Shown: positions 1 through 14,194, counted from the first letter of the stretch. The stretch: 64,000 nt of DNA from Octopus sinensis (GCF_006345805.1 NC_043004.1:80848001-80912000), one strand, 5' to 3'. A program made the numbers and translations. The notes: a model not told the origin generated them from the sequence alone.

Positions 1-228
1 CCGAGAAGGGAAGACAGAGGAAAAAGATATATTTGCTGGTGGTGCTCAAGAGATCACATGTTGAAAGAACAGAAGTGAAAGGTAGACGAATCATGATTTT
101 TAAAAAAGAGAGGTTTCAAAGACAAGGAATGTGTGTGGGTGCGTGGGTTGTGTGTGGTGTGTGTAAGGATGACAAGTGTGTTTGTGCGTGCGTGCGTGTG
201 TGTGGTGTATGTATGTATATATATAGGG

Positions 229-453
229 ATAGTTTACGAAAAAAAAAAAGCAACAAAAGACGAAGACAGGCGGTGTACACAACAAACAGATGTATTAGTA
301 TAACGCTCAGGAATAGAAAATGTCTTTTACGTTTCGAGCCTACGCTCTTCTACAGAAAGAGACACAGAAAAAAAACAAAGAGAGAAACAAGAGAGAAAAA
401 AAATGTGAGTAGTGGCTAACGATCTATCATGGCGACTGACTTCGGACAGATGG
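229..453 (-). mobile_element. Penelope-type pseudo-LTR-like short element carrying a hammerhead motif
   Basis: Shares the AAAAGACGAAGAC...ACAACAAACAGATGTATTAGTATAAC...TTTCGAGCCTACGCTCTTC block with 29627-29770; flanked by (TA)/(TG) microsatellites; contains a hammerhead-like core on the minus strand. Confidence 0.6.
322..360 (-). ncRNA. Minimal type-I hammerhead-like motif, variant core CUGUAGA
   Basis: Minus strand TCTTT-CTGTAGA-A-GAGC-GTAG-GCTC-GAAA-CGTA-AAAGA: 5-bp stem I, 4-bp stem II, GAAA, palindromic ACGT stem III, GUA triplet. A6 is replaced by U. Confidence 0.6.
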
Positions 454-1077
454 GTCATACATATATATATATAGTCGCAGCAAGACACATTTTTTTCTCA
501 GTCTGCCCCAAGGCATTTTTCTAACACGCCAGCTCAAAGTTTACTCGTCCTGTCGAAAAGACGCCTGTCTGTGACGTCCTGTTTTTGTTATTATTATTAT
601 CATTGTTTTTACGTATTTTTGTATTCTTATTCGTGTAACATCGTCCGTTTTTCCATCCTTGTTTTGTATACATTCGAGGCTTTCTTCCAAGGATCTAATG
701 CGCTTGGCTTAGATTTTCCTTTGGGGCTGGTCAGATCGGAGCAATCTCAAGATTAATCAGCCGAAATTGCGAGGATGATCCGGTTCTTGACTGAAGATTG
801 AAGGCTTCGAATGTCCCGTCCGTGTTTTTTGTATCGTCTTCCAAATGTTTTGCGTTCTTGTCCCAGTTTGTATCTTTTTACATATACATATGTATATTGC
901 AGCGTGGAAGGTGTTTGTAAGCCATTTAAGAAACACACAAAAGCCGTTCGATTCACTTCAACATATATATATATATATATAAGCAATACCGAACACACAT
1001 ACACAAGGTGTGTGTTTTGCCAGTTCACGAGCAAGATGCGAATGTACACACAAGACAATATATTCTCATCATGTAGA

Positions 1078-2279
<1,202 letters not shown>

Positions 2280-2379
2280 NNNNNNNNNNNNNNNNNNNNN
2301 NNNNNNNNNNNNNNNNNNNNNNNNNNNNNNNNNNNNNNNNNNNNNNNNNNNNNNNNNNNNNNNNNNNNNNNNNNNNNNN
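2280..2379. other. Assembly gap (100 N)
   Basis: Run of exactly 100 n. Confidence 1.
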
Positions 2380-2499
2380 TATATATAGCTATATATATAT
2401 ATACATATACATACATATATATACACTGTATATATATATATACGTATGTATGTGTGTATGTATGTATATGATATATATATATTTACATATCTATCTATA

Positions 2500-2585
<86 letters not shown>

Positions 2586-2925
2586 AAAAAGAGACAGCGG
2601 TGCAAATGAACACGCTTAGGTTTGATTTATAAAATATACATACATACATACATACGTACAAGCATACATGCACACACACACACATGTATATATACGCATG
2701 TGAATATATTTATAGGGATATATATAGAGAAAAACAAAAACTGAAGCGTGTTTATTTGCAATATTATCTTCACATCATATCAGCTCACCTGATTTCTCTT
2801 AAAATCACTCTTTACCTCGCGGAATTAGGAATTACTGTTCGATAAAGACTTCGTAGAATTAGTTCAAATCGTTTGAGCACTGCAACATGAGTTCTATGAT
2901 GAACATCTCTGGATCTCACCTGTTG

Positions 2926-2992
<67 letters not shown>

Positions 2993-3126
2993 CGAAGCAT
3001 CGCCAATGCTTCGTTATTTACCTTGATCGGGCGATCGACTGCCACAAATCAGTCAACGTTGTTGACTCAATTTTATATGTAGCTACAGTTTTATTAAGTT
3101 CGTTCAGATTTGCCTCTCTTAGGTGC

Positions 3127-3184
3127 ATCTCATTGATAAGAGTTAAAAAACCCCAAAAAAACTCGAAACATCGATGCCTGAGAT
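3127..3184 (+). ncRNA. Decayed minimal hammerhead motif
   Basis: ATCTCA-TTGATAA-GAGTT-N15-AACTC-GAAA-CATCGATG-CC-TGAGAT: perfect 6-bp stem I, 5-bp stem II, palindromic stem III. The core carries three transitions (C3U, G8A, U16.1C). Confidence 0.55.
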
Positions 3185-3326
3185 CCCTTACAGATAGTGA
3201 CACTGAACGAACCGGGTGTTTTCACATCTTTTCTCCATAGTAACTGCAGTGTATTTGCCTTTCAACAGTTGAAATATGTAACAAGCATATTTCAGTTAAT
3301 CTAAATTTTGCATATATGTATATATG

Positions 3327-3357
<31 letters not shown>

Positions 3358-3363
3358 TATATC

Positions 3364-3426
<63 letters not shown>

Positions 3427-3521
3427 TAATCCAAACATGGAAACACAAAGAAAAAACACAACAACGCGAGGACGTGGAACAAGTACAGTGTTATTGGACG
3501 CTCAGGAAAGGAAAGAAAGAG

Positions 3522-3558
3522 GATTTAACGTTTCGAGCGGAGCTCTTCGTCAGAAACA
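3522..3558 (-). ncRNA. Minimal type-I hammerhead ribozyme motif (CUGACGA core)
   Basis: Minus strand GTTT-CTGACGA-A-GAGC-TCC-GCTC-GAAA-CGTT-AAAT: intact core, 4-bp stem II, ACGT palindrome. It lies in an element (about 3421-3630) directly after a (TA)n tract. Confidence 0.7.
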
Positions 3559-3861
3559 TAGGAAAAGGAAAGGTCCAAGGAATGGAAAACGGAGGAGAAA
3601 AAATCGCCAACGGTACACACGCGGTCACACATACACACACACACACATATATAAAGCGATGGCAATTGTTAATGACATCGAAATAGTGGAAACGTATGTA
3701 TTATCAGCTATTAATGAAATGAGCTTAAGTCCAGGCACAGATTTTGATGAACAAGACACTTTATTCCACGTTGTTCTAGCTCACTCTGCTCTCAAAAATT
3801 AGTTGGTTCTATATTTTAAAGAACCAGACTTCTCTGATTCCGTGTTATGTTGAATCTCTTT

Positions 3862-3982
3862 GAGAACTACGTTAAGGCAATGACTGTCTGCGGAGTGCTC
3901 AGCCACTTGTATGTTTATTTCACGAGCAGGCTGTTCAGTTGATCGAATCAACTGGAACAGTCGCCGTCGAAACTGACGGTGA
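3862..3982 (+). mobile_element. SINE 3' tail fragment
   Basis: GAGAACTACGTTAAGG...GGAGTGCTCAGCCACTTG...CACGAGCAGGCTGTTC...TCAACTGGAAC matches the tail at 53620-53730 and the reverse complement of 62555-62620. Confidence 0.65.
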
Positions 3983-4067
3983 TCCAGGTCTTATATGTAT
4001 GTATATGAACAAAAAGCATAAAATAGAACTTTATCATGAAAAAGGGAGAAGTATTTATATTTTTATA

Positions 4068-4112
4068 AAACGCTACCGGTTTTATTGTTAAGACAGTATA
4101 ATCATCATGCAC
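4068..4112 (-). ncRNA. Highly decayed hammerhead-like motif
   Basis: Minus GTGC-ATGATGA-...-AAAA-CCGGTA-GCGT: stem I pairs and the ACCGGT palindrome and GUA site are present, but C3 and G12 are mutated. Confidence 0.3.
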
Positions 4113-4149
4113 ATGCAAAATGAATTATATATATGAATAATATATAAAA

Positions 4150-4210
<61 letters not shown>

Positions 4211-4528
4211 TATATATATCCATCCATCTGTCTAATTGTTTGACTAACTGTCAGTCTGCCTCTCTCTCTCTCTCCTTCTCCCTCTCTCTCTCTCTCTCTA
4301 TCTGTCTATCTGTCAATCCATCCATCTATCCATCCATCTGTCTGTTTATCCACAAAAATCGGCTAGTATGACGTTTTACTCTGCGTATTATTAATGATTA
4401 CCAAGGATATGTTATTGGTAAAGGAGACCAGAATTTAAAAATTAAGATTCTGCTAAGTTTTTAATATTTCAGCTTTGAAAGAGTTTTAACAGAATCAGAT
4501 ATTTTTAAATTGACGATTTTATTATTAT

Positions 4529-5077
4529 TGAGTGAGAGAGCAGTGCATGCCATCAAAGTGACACTGGGGTAAAATATACGAAGCCCAGCATACCCATCAT
4601 GACTACCCGTCTGATAAGGGTATACCAGACACATGTAATTACAACCATGTGTGCAACATAGTGTTCTCATATCAAGACAAACAGCACATGATCTTGCAGG
4701 TGGGGCCCTGTTAGAATTTTCTTCTGGTATAGTAGCACGTCCTGCCCAAAAGGTCTCCGAATAGGGTTTGTTTAAGGATGATAAACAAAACACATAATTC
4801 CAGGGATAAATTATTCAAACCCCAAAGAATCCCTCTCAACTCATGGCTATGATGCTCTCCCACTACTTCTGCCCTTGATCAATGATGCACATATCGTCAG
4901 CCACGAAAGGACATGCTCAAATGGTTAAGGTCAAACAACTGAGAAGCAAATCTGCGGTATTGAAAAGAAAATTTGCTGCTGCCAAGACAAAACATGTCTC
5001 AAAACAGGAATGATAACAATTCCAACAAGTTAAGATCGGAAGCCATGAGAGCCACTGCCTGGTATCGCATCAGGGCA
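4529..5077 (-). mobile_element. About 560-bp non-autonomous non-LTR element with (TAA)n tail, copy 1
   Basis: Highly similar to 10276-10786 and 40776-41331, with the same end TGAGTGAGAGAGCAGTGCATGCC and (ATT)n/(ATA)n flanks. Confidence 0.9.
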
Positions 5078-5490
5078 ATAATAATAATTATTATCAAGGT
5101 AATCAACTGTAGCAAGACTAGTAAGACTGAATGGCTCTACTCTGAATATGCTTTTCTAAGCAGGAGGTAAAAACTGGATGAGGGCACTTTCCCATGCCTT
5201 GGAGATGGCAGAGAAATTCGAAGTTTTTGTGGGGTTTACCCCGGATTAGCCCAAGTGGACTGCCCCGCTATTGGGGTTATTCATTTCTCTACTTTCTGTT
5301 GTATATCTTCTGTTATATTCTTTGATGTGGTTGTATCTCTCCTTGATTGAAGTTAACCCCACATGATTTTGTTATTGTAATTTTTTTTTGGTTGTACTGT
5401 AACTCGTCCTTCGATATTGTCCCCAAGTCTTGAACCCTTTTGGTCAATAAAAGAAATCATCTTCATTATTATTATTATTATTATTTTTAT

Positions 5491-5607
<117 letters not shown>

Positions 5608-5639
5608 CATTATTATTATTATAAATATTATAAATCGGT

Positions 5640-5755
5640 GAGGTGACGAAATCGTTAGCAAGCCGGAGAGACAGACAAAATGCTTAGCGGCATTTTGTCT
5701 GTCTTAGTGTTTTGAGTTCAAACCTTGCTGATGTTGACTTTGCTTCTCATACTTT
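5640..5755 (+). mobile_element. tRNA-derived SINE family S2, 5' part, truncated where the minisatellite starts
   Basis: GAAATCGTTAGCAAGCCGG...AAATGCTTAGCGGCATTTTGTC...GAGTTCAAA...GTTGACTTTGCTTCTCAT matches the S2 heads at 24255 and 38690. Confidence 0.65.
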
Positions 5756-5756
5756 T

Positions 5757-6235
5757 GGGCTGGAAAGTTCCTAGTAGTGGGAGGAAGAGGAGGTATTACT
5801 TCCTGGAGAATTCCGAGGAGGATGGATTACTTCCTGGAAAGTTCCGAGGAAGGAGAGAAATATCTTCCTGGAGAGTTCCGTGGGGCAGGAATTACTTCCT
5901 GGAAAATTCCGAGGGGTGAGGAATTCTTTCCTGGAAAATTCCGAGGGGGATTACTTCCTGGAAAGTTCCGAGGGGGAATACTTCCTGGAAGGTTCCGAGG
6001 TGGGGGGATTACTTCCTGGAAATTTCCCAGGAGGGGAAGGAATTACTTCCAGGAAACTTCCGACGAGGGGGAATTACTTCCTGGAAAGTTACCAGGTAGG
6101 TGAGGAATTATTTCCTGGAAAGTTCCGATGAGGGGCGGAATAACTTCCTGGAAATTCCGAGGAGGGGTATTATTTCTTGGAAAGTTCCGAGAAGAGGTAG
6201 GAATTAGTTTCTGGAAAGTTCCGAGGAGGGGAGGA
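5757..6235. repeat. Minisatellite, about 14 units of 26-36 bp, consensus GGAATTACTTCCTGGAAARTTCCGAGGGG
   Basis: Units counted by eye; each unit is an imperfect palindrome centred on TTCCTGGAA. Confidence 0.95.
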
Positions 6236-6570
6236 ATGGGAGAAATGACTCAGTGATAATAATTCCTTTTGTATACCATAAAAGAAATCATTATTATTAT
6301 TATAATTATTAGAAACTAATGTTTCTTGAAGAGCTGTTTTGAGTTTCACAGTAACTAAGAGAGAAGCAGCGTGACAATGTATAAACAAAAATATTGTAAC
6401 TTTTATTGGTTACAATTTGACGAAGGTTTAGGTGATATTTTTATAATGCAGTACAACCAGTGTAGATGTTTACGTGTTGGTTTGTCTTCAGTGATTCAAA
6501 ATTGATAGGTTCGTTTTATTACGATAGTCTTAAAAGAGCAGGCAGTCACTCCTATTCTTTCTCTTCCTTT

Positions 6571-6601
<31 letters not shown>

Positions 6602-6721
6602 GCTTGCTCTCTCTCTCTTTCGCTTGCTTTCTCTCTCTCTCTTCCTCTATCTCTCTGTCTTTCTCATCCTGAATGCTGGAAATGGTAAAAAGCTTCACAC
6701 GATTTTAATGGTGAATACAAA

Positions 6722-6762
6722 GAATCTGAGGCGATACTTGTAATAATCGATACATGTAATTT
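6722..6762 (+). ncRNA. Decayed hammerhead-like motif
   Basis: GAAT-CTGAGGC-GAT-N10-ATC-GATA-CATGTA-ATTT: stem I, stem II, ACATGT palindrome and GUA site are kept; A9 and one A of GAAA are mutated. It precedes a (TA)n tract. Confidence 0.4.
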
Positions 6763-6864
6763 CCTCGGTAATCGAACTCTGTGAGGCTTCAATTTGTACA
6801 CGTATATATCTATATATATATGTGTGTGTGTGTATATGTATGTATATATATGTATATATATATG

Positions 6865-6900
<36 letters not shown>

Positions 6901-7131
6901 ATATATATATATATGTATATATATATATGTATGTATATAGATATATGTTTGTCTGTATGTATGTATGTATGTATGTATATATGCATACATATATCTATAT
7001 ATGTGTGTGTGTGTAGAGAGAGAGGGGGGGCAAGGAGGGACTGTGAGTGAATGAGAGAGACAGATAAATAGATATATTTCCACTGATATACACATACACA
7101 AATAGACAGGAAGATACACACACCACACACC

Positions 7132-7186
<55 letters not shown>

Positions 7187-7276
7187 ACATATATATGTAT
7201 TTGTATGTGTGTATGTGTGTTATATATATATATATATTACAGACAAGAAAGTAAAATGTCTCTCTTTCTCTTTCTT

Positions 7277-7328
<52 letters not shown>

Positions 7329-7412
7329 GCTTACGCAAACATGTACTAAAGCGGTAGCGCTGTCAAAGAAGTTGATGACGATGAAGATGATGATGATGAT
7401 GATGATGATGAC

Positions 7413-7444
<32 letters not shown>

Positions 7445-8544
7445 TGATGATGATTTTGACGATGATAATGATGATGATAATGATGCTATGCTAGATGTCA
7501 GGTTTACGATATCGACTACAACTGTCTTTGGATCTCATTAGCCGGCAGCGACCTTCAATGATTTTAAATCCTATAAGTGTCACCTTTTGCCTTTTATTAC
7601 ACTGCAAAGTCAATAATTGAACGCTCCCCTCCAACCTTTACACACACACATACACACACACACACACACAGCCCTTACACACGCATACGTGCACGCATGC
7701 ACCCGCACATACATAGATCTTTTCGAGCATGCGTGTGTGTGTGTGTTTGTCTGTCAGAGAGAGAGAGAGAGAGAGAGCAAGAAAGAAATCGATAGTCACT
7801 TCGTAAGTATGTAATTCAGTTGGGAGTCTGAGAAAAGACGTTTGCGTGATATAATCAACGAAATGAACGATGAATTAGAGCTTCGAGTGGATCTGAAAAC
7901 AAAATCGTTGGCTTGCTTCGTGAAATCATAGCCATATGTAGAAGTATTACGTGTTAAAATAGGGCAATTTTTAGCTGGAAACCGATATTGTAATTTGGTT
8001 ACGTAAGCTATTTAAGTAAATCCTTCAAACTTTAGCTCAGCAAAGATTTGAAATTACTTTGACTTAACGTTTCCATTCCTCATTCTTCATTCCGCTAAAT
8101 CCATCTGCCTTCTCTCCATCATCCCCACGAAGGCCTCCAACCACCAGCAACTAATTCCCGATTGTGTAGAAGATATCTATCTCATGTGATATTTCTCTGA
8201 ATATATCATTCTTCAGGACTTTAACGTCTGAAACTCATCTCGGCTCTCATCGACGCTGCCAGCACATAACTCGAATCTGTCACCATCTTGAACTCTCAGC
8301 AAATGTCCGTTCGCCATATCTCTTTCTCTATCATCATTCACACTGAGTTTTGTGTTTCTCTCCCGCCCCATCACCACTACCACAACAACCGCAGACCTAC
8401 ATTAACGTCTATTTACAATCCTTCCTCTCTAAAACATCAATCCCCTGGAATTCTATTTATAGCTCATGTTTCGTAATCACATTTTTCCAATGAGAGAAAC
8501 AGGCAGACTAATAAAAATAGGAAGGTGTAGTGCGAGAAAGAGAG

Positions 8545-8690
8545 AAATCGACCCCAGCACTTGATTGGTACTTTATTTATCGACCCCGAAAGGATAAAAG
8601 CCTAAGTTTACCGTACCAGAATTTGAACTTAGAAAGTAGAGAACCGGATCGATTGTTACAAAGCAATTTATCTGGCGCTCTAACACAGTG
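8545..8690 (-). mobile_element. SINE family S2, degraded copy
   Basis: TCGACCCCAG...GGTACTTTATTTATCGACCCCGAAAGGAT...GAATTTGAACT. Confidence 0.65.
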
Positions 8691-8783
8691 GTTTGGAACC
8701 TTTTGAGATTCAGGTCAGATTCAAAACCTGGATTTTTTAGGGGTCACATCAATAAATAAATAAGTAAATAAATAAATAAAATT

Positions 8784-9166
8784 TGGCTGTGTGGTAAGTA
8801 GCTTGCTTACCAACCACGTGGTCCCAGGTTCAGTCCCACTGCGTGGCACCTTGGGGGAGTGTCTTCTAGTATAGCCTCGGGCCGACCAAAGCCTTGTGAG
8901 TGGGTTTGGTAGACGGAAACTGAAAGAAGCCCGTCGTATATATGCATATATATATGTATGTTTGTGTGTCTGTATTTGTCACCCTAGCATCGTTTGACAA
9001 CTGATGCTGGTGTGTTTACGTCCCCGTAACGTAGCGGTTCGGCAAAATTGGAGCGATAGAATAAGTACTAGACTTACAAAGTCCTGGTGTCGATTTGCTC
9101 GACTAAAGGCGGTGCTCCAGCATGGTCTCAGTCAAATGACTGAAAGAAATAAAAGAATAAAAGAGT
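8784..9166 (+). mobile_element. tRNA-derived CORE-type SINE family S1
   Basis: Head GGCTGTGTGGTAAG...GGTTCAGTCCCACTGCGTGGCACCTTGG, CORE-like CCTTGGG..GTGTCTTCTA.TATAGCCTCG, internal microsatellite, tail GGCGGTGCTCCAGCATGG...TGACTGAAA. About 20 related copies lie in the window. Confidence 0.85.
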
Positions 9167-10006
9167 AATTAAAACATGAATCAAATAAAGAAAAGTATAT
9201 TTATAAGGAAGAGCGTCGGGGGCTGCCAGAAGGATGTTTGAGGGCCGCATGCGTCCTTGGGAATCGCGTTTGAGAGCTGCTATTCTCGCCACTCTACCAA
9301 ATAACCACCTATGTTACATCTGTGGCGGACATGAGAGTTGCTTTATGCAAAATTGCTTATAACAACAAAGGCAAAGTTCGACAGATATAAAACAATAAAA
9401 ATGTGAAGAATTTGAAGTTTTCTTGGAATGAATTTTATTCCTGCAAATCTTGGTTATATTTTGATATGTTTACCATGGCATAAACAAATAACATAGAAGT
9501 TTTTATGGCTTTTAAACATGGATTCTTCAGTTACTGCTAAGGAAAATAGGAGAGATTCAGTATCTATCGTCTGATGACCTCAACGCGTCTATGTCAAAAA
9601 ATGTCAAATACAGTGAACTTATTGCTACCTTAACACCGACATTGTGGCAGATTTTAAAATATGGCGGATATATATCGTTGCTACTATGCCAAAGTGTCGT
9701 AAGTTCAAAATGTTGCCTTTTCCGAAAACGAAAAAAATAGTTTCACCATTCTATAGCAAAACCGTTGTACTGCATTTAGACAAATTTTCGATATCTAGGC
9801 ATCTGAAGCAGCTGGAGATAGGATAGTTTGGCCAAAAGAGCCGGCTTTTGCAAGCAAAAATAAATACTGAAAAAAAAAAAAAACTCTTTTCGCCAAATTT
9901 GAACATACAACAGTTTAACATAACAGTAACGAAATGTATATAGCACGCGAGCGTGTGCACGGTGTGTGTATGTGTGTGAGTGCTCGCGTGCGTGTGTATA
10001 TATAGG

Positions 10007-10165
10007 GTGTGGGTTAGTAGTTAGGGTGTTTGACTCATGAACGCAAGATTGTGGTTCTGATTTCAAGACTGGGCTGCGTGTTGTGTTCTTGAGCAAGACA
10101 CTTCATTTCACGTTGCTTCTATCCACTCAACTGGTAAAAATGAGCAACCCTGCAATGGATTGCTA
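10007..10165 (+). mobile_element. tRNA-derived SINE family S4, 5' fragment
   Basis: GGGCTGCGTGTTGTGTTCTTGAGCAAGACACTTCATTTCACGTTGCT matches 51194-51529. Confidence 0.65.
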
Positions 10166-10275
10166 AGTATGTATGTATGTATGTATGTATGTATGTATGT
10201 ATGTATGTATGTATGTATGTATGTATGTGTGTGTGTGTATGTATGTATGTATGTATGTATGTATGTATGTATGTA

Positions 10276-10786
10276 TGAGTGAGAGAGCAGTGCATGCCAT
10301 CAAAGTGACACTGGGGTAAAATATACGAAGCTCAGTATACCCATCATGACTACTCATCTGATAAGGGTACACCAGTCACATGCATTACAACCATATGTGC
10401 GCGACATGGTGATCTTATATCAAGATGCACAAATGCAGGTGGGGCCCAGTTAAAATTTTCTTCAGGTCGAGTAGCCCATCCCACTCAGAAGGTCCCTGAA
10501 TAAGGGTTGTTTAAGGATGATGAACAAAACACTCGTGTTCCCAAAGGTGAATGATCCAAACTCCAAAGAATTCCTCTCAACACATGGCTATGATGCTCCT
10601 CCATTACTTCTGCTCATGATCAGAGATGCACATATCGTCAACCACTGAGGGACATGCTCAACTGGTTATGGTCAGACAACTGACAAGCAAATCTGTGGTA
10701 TTGAGCAGAATATTTGCTGTAGCCCATCTTTTATATCAAGACAAAACTATGTACATGATAACACTTCCAATAAGATCAGAAGCCAT
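10276..10786 (-). mobile_element. About 560-bp non-autonomous element, copy 2, 5'-truncated, in a (TATG)n tract
   Basis: Direct similarity to 4529-5077 and 40776-41331. Confidence 0.9.
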
Positions 10787-11091
10787 CGTATGTATGTATG
10801 TATGTATGTATGTATGTATGTATGTATGTATGTATGTATGTATGTATGTATGTATGTATGTATGTATGTACTGAGAGAGAGACAGAAAAATTGATAGTTG
10901 GATAGACAGATAGACAAACGACAGACAGGTATTGCTTTTAGAAGTCTTTTTTTGCTGTGGTCCTAACTATTGATTGTTGTGAGAGTAGATTTTTCTGCTG
11001 TTGTTTTCGTTGCTGTGTATCTGTTATTGTTGCATCTGCTGCTTTTGGAATAATGGTGGTGGTACTGCTGCTGCTGCTGTTGCTGTTGAGC

Positions 11092-11440
11092 GAACGGTCT
11101 TCGTCCCAGAGCTCGCAAGATGGGAGAAGTCCGAAATGTGGTCCTTTGCTATTCGTAAAACCCACGGAAGAGGAAGCAGGTCAATCCCCGACACCGAGAG
11201 CATCGACGGATGGATGAATGCGCATCCCGGCTCAGCGATTGTGTAGGAAGTCGGGGACAAGAAACAGGAAGAAAGAGTGAGAGAAAGTTGGAGAAAAAGA
11301 GTACAACAGGGGTCACCACCACCCCTCCCGGAGCTTCGTGGAGCTTTAGGTGTTTTCGCTCAATAAACACACACAACGCCCGGTCTGGGAAACGAAACCG
11401 CGAGTTCGCTGCCCTTACCATTGGGCCATTGCGCCTCCAC
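11092..11440 (-). mobile_element. tRNA-derived SINE family S3
   Basis: Minus-strand head GGCGCAATGGCCCAATGGTAAGGGCAGCG...TCGTTTCCCAGACCGGGCG; homologous to 61343-61530 and 61843-62190. Confidence 0.8.
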
Positions 11441-12020
11441 TACTGCTGCTGCTGCTGTATATAGTGATAGTTGTGATGATGAGCGGATTCATTCATGCAT
11501 TTATTCAGTGTTGAGCTCCGTTCATTTGTTTTCTTCTTCCTGTTCGCCCCACGATGACATCTTGCCATGGTACGTTTTCGTACTTGTCCAGGAAAATCTC
11601 GACGGAGGAGGAGGAAAAGGGCAGAGTCATGTCCATTCAGGTGTCTTTATTTTTGTCCTTTTAGTGTCTCAGGAGGAGTTCTTCCAGCGCTCTTTTGATT
11701 GTTAATGGCTCTCGCGTGGCTGGCTTATCCTCTTCTTATTGTTGGTTGGGACGTTGCTTCAGTTGTTATTGCCTCTGTTCTCCCCTCTATTGTTAATGTT
11801 GTGATTGTGGTGTTGGCAGCAGATTGGTTTCACTACATTTTACCTTTTCAAAGCATCAGAATGTAGTCGAGCCTTTGTTGGCTGAGGCGCCAACATGTAT
11901 AATACCTAGGCTTCCTATCTATGCTAACAATTTGATTCTCACACTCCAAATAACCAAGGTCTAAGATTCTCAGGAGGTTCGCAAGAGTGAGTAAGTGTCT
12001 CCAGTCTTATCTGGATATCT

Positions 12021-12360
12021 TTACTTACTTGTACTTGTGACGGCGTTCACCCAGGGCGGGTTGAGCCGGCTTCTTCTCTGGTCCTGACGGCATAGAAGAA
12101 GTTTCGTGGGAATATTGAATTCACAAGCGGTCCCCGATATCCCGCATGCATATCCCGAGTGACGGGACGCCTTGTTTGCCGCGGAGTCTCCACAGACGCA
12201 GGGACAGAACGACCTTGAAACCGCCGGTTACCGATCAGACGCCTCTTGGAATTTTCACTAATACCGCTCGGTGCCAGACCAATCCGCCTTGGGTGGCCCT
12301 AGCAGGAACCGAAGTTCCCGACGGCATAGCTCTGACACTGCCCGCTTTGAGGAGGGGTTG
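12021..12360 (-). mobile_element. Non-autonomous RTE derivative (5' UTR fused to 3' end), internally deleted copy
   Basis: Reverse complement of 19285-19751 lacking two internal blocks; tail CACAAGTACAAGTAAGTAA. Confidence 0.8.
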
Positions 12361-12759
12361 AACTTTAGGGTAGATATCCGATCAGTTCTGACACGATATT
12401 GATTAGTATTCGATTAACTTACTTTTTCCTCCTGCATCATTACTAGATAACTGAGTAGATAACGAAGAATGAGATTATTTCGTCAACCGCTGCTATATGT
12501 AGGGCAGCAGCAGAGTAATTGTCGAAGGCTTTTTTTGGTCTCATCTTTATTGGCACACGAGATGAACATAATCCCACATTATCCTTCTGTATTTATGCTG
12601 CGTATGGCACCTCATAAACTCTTCATATATAGGTTTCGGTCTGTGCCATGGGAGAATGCAACAGTCGAGAGTATTTTTGTTTCATCAATATCGGCGCACT
12701 TAACCAGCATAATCCTCTATTTCCTCATTATTTATCTGTCATATAACACCCTATAAACT

Positions 12760-12762
12760 CTT

Positions 12763-12793
<31 letters not shown>

Positions 12794-12852
12794 ATTATAT
12801 ATATATTTAGATATATATAATATATATATATATATATTATAATATATATATA

Positions 12853-12896
<44 letters not shown>

Positions 12897-13292
12897 ATAT
12901 ATATATATATTATATATATATATATATATCCATACAATATATACATCAAGGAGCACTGACATATATATATATATGTATGTATGTAGGTATGTATGTATGT
13001 ATGTATGTATGTATGTATAAATTCATGCATGTATATGTATATTATATATGTATATATGTATATATATTTACATACATACATAAGTCTTACAATATATACA
13101 TAAGTACATATATGCATATTTGTATGTATATATATATGTGTGTGTGTGGATATATATATATATGCATATATATATATATGTATATATGTATATATGTATA
13201 TGCATATATATATATATTATGTATTAATATATATGCATAGATATCAATATAGCTATATATATGTATACATATATATGTATGCATATATATAT

Positions 13293-13361
<69 letters not shown>

Positions 13362-13378
13362 GTGTGTGGTGTATATGT

Positions 13379-13420
<42 letters not shown>
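12760..13420. repeat. Long degenerate (TA)n/(TATG)n microsatellite
   Basis: Seen directly. Confidence 0.95.
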
Positions 13421-13422
<2 letters not shown>

Positions 13423-13927
13423 GATCTATGTCGTAGTAGTTTTTCTTTGTTTAGTTTTTCCGGTTCACATAAATATTTTGGCATTTTCCTGTTTCGTTTT
13501 ATATTTACTTCGAGTTCTGCCGCAGGCGAATCCTTCACATCGGGTTGCACAACACAGATCTTATGTGCAATTTTTTCTTCTTCTTTCCCTTTCTTTTTAT
13601 CTTCTTTTTCTTTTTATTTTTATTTTTGCCTGGCGGCCTCTTTGTTTCCGAGTGAGTACACCATTCAGTACAGTGTAGCTTTGGAAAACGAGATTGCTGC
13701 ATTGCATATGGTACTTGTGACAAAGTTGGGGGAAATGTTGCTTTTGGGATGAGTGTCGGATGTTGGGTATATCTACATGCATTCTTGGACACGCGCACGC
13801 GCATACAGATGTATACATTTCTGTCGATATTATTGCTATAGTTGACAGCGGCAATGGTATAGGTGTTACTGTTGTTGTTGTTGTTGTTAGTGTTGATGCC
13901 GACCGTCTTGGTAATGTTGTTGTTTTG

Positions 13928-14102
13928 GCAAGGTTTCTACAGCTGGGTGCCCTATCTAACGCCAACCACTCCGAGAGTGTAGTGGGAGCCAGTCAGGTAG
14001 CACTGGCATCGACCACGTTTGGATGGTGCTTTTTACGCGTCACCGGCACGAGAGCCAGTCAGGTAGCACTGGCATCGACCACGTTCAAATGGTGTTTTTT
14101 AC
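13928..14102 (-). mobile_element. RTE-associated short element with about 65-bp tandem hairpin units
   Basis: Reverse complement of part of 44460-44740 (GGAGTGGTTGGCGTTAG..GGCA.CCAGCTGTAGAAAC plus GCCAGT...CTGGC units). Confidence 0.75.
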
Positions 14103-14194
14103 ACACAGAGCCACACAGACAGAAATTGCCATTTATGTATATAGATATATGTATATATATTTATATGTAAATATGCCGTGATGGTGTCAAGCCT

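Noticed and set aside
5757-6235. Minisatellite as a CRISPR array or as a repeat-protein CDS
   Set aside because: No unique spacers, no cas genes, eukaryotic context; variable unit length shifts the frame and all three frames are partly open.
8040-8330. APE endonuclease remnant (EYIILQDFNV)
   Set aside because: A single degenerate motif among stops; too weak to list as a feature.
8687-9285. hAT-type MITE ends (CAGTGGTTTGGAACC ... GGGCCGCATGCG)
   Set aside because: The ends are not convincingly inverted repeats of each other and no 8-bp TSD was found.
13400-13965. Protein-like minus-strand frames ([14 protein letters not shown]..., [14 protein letters not shown]...)
   Set aside because: The two frames are separated by stops, there is no usable acceptor, no recognisable domain, and they run into microsatellite or SINE sequence.
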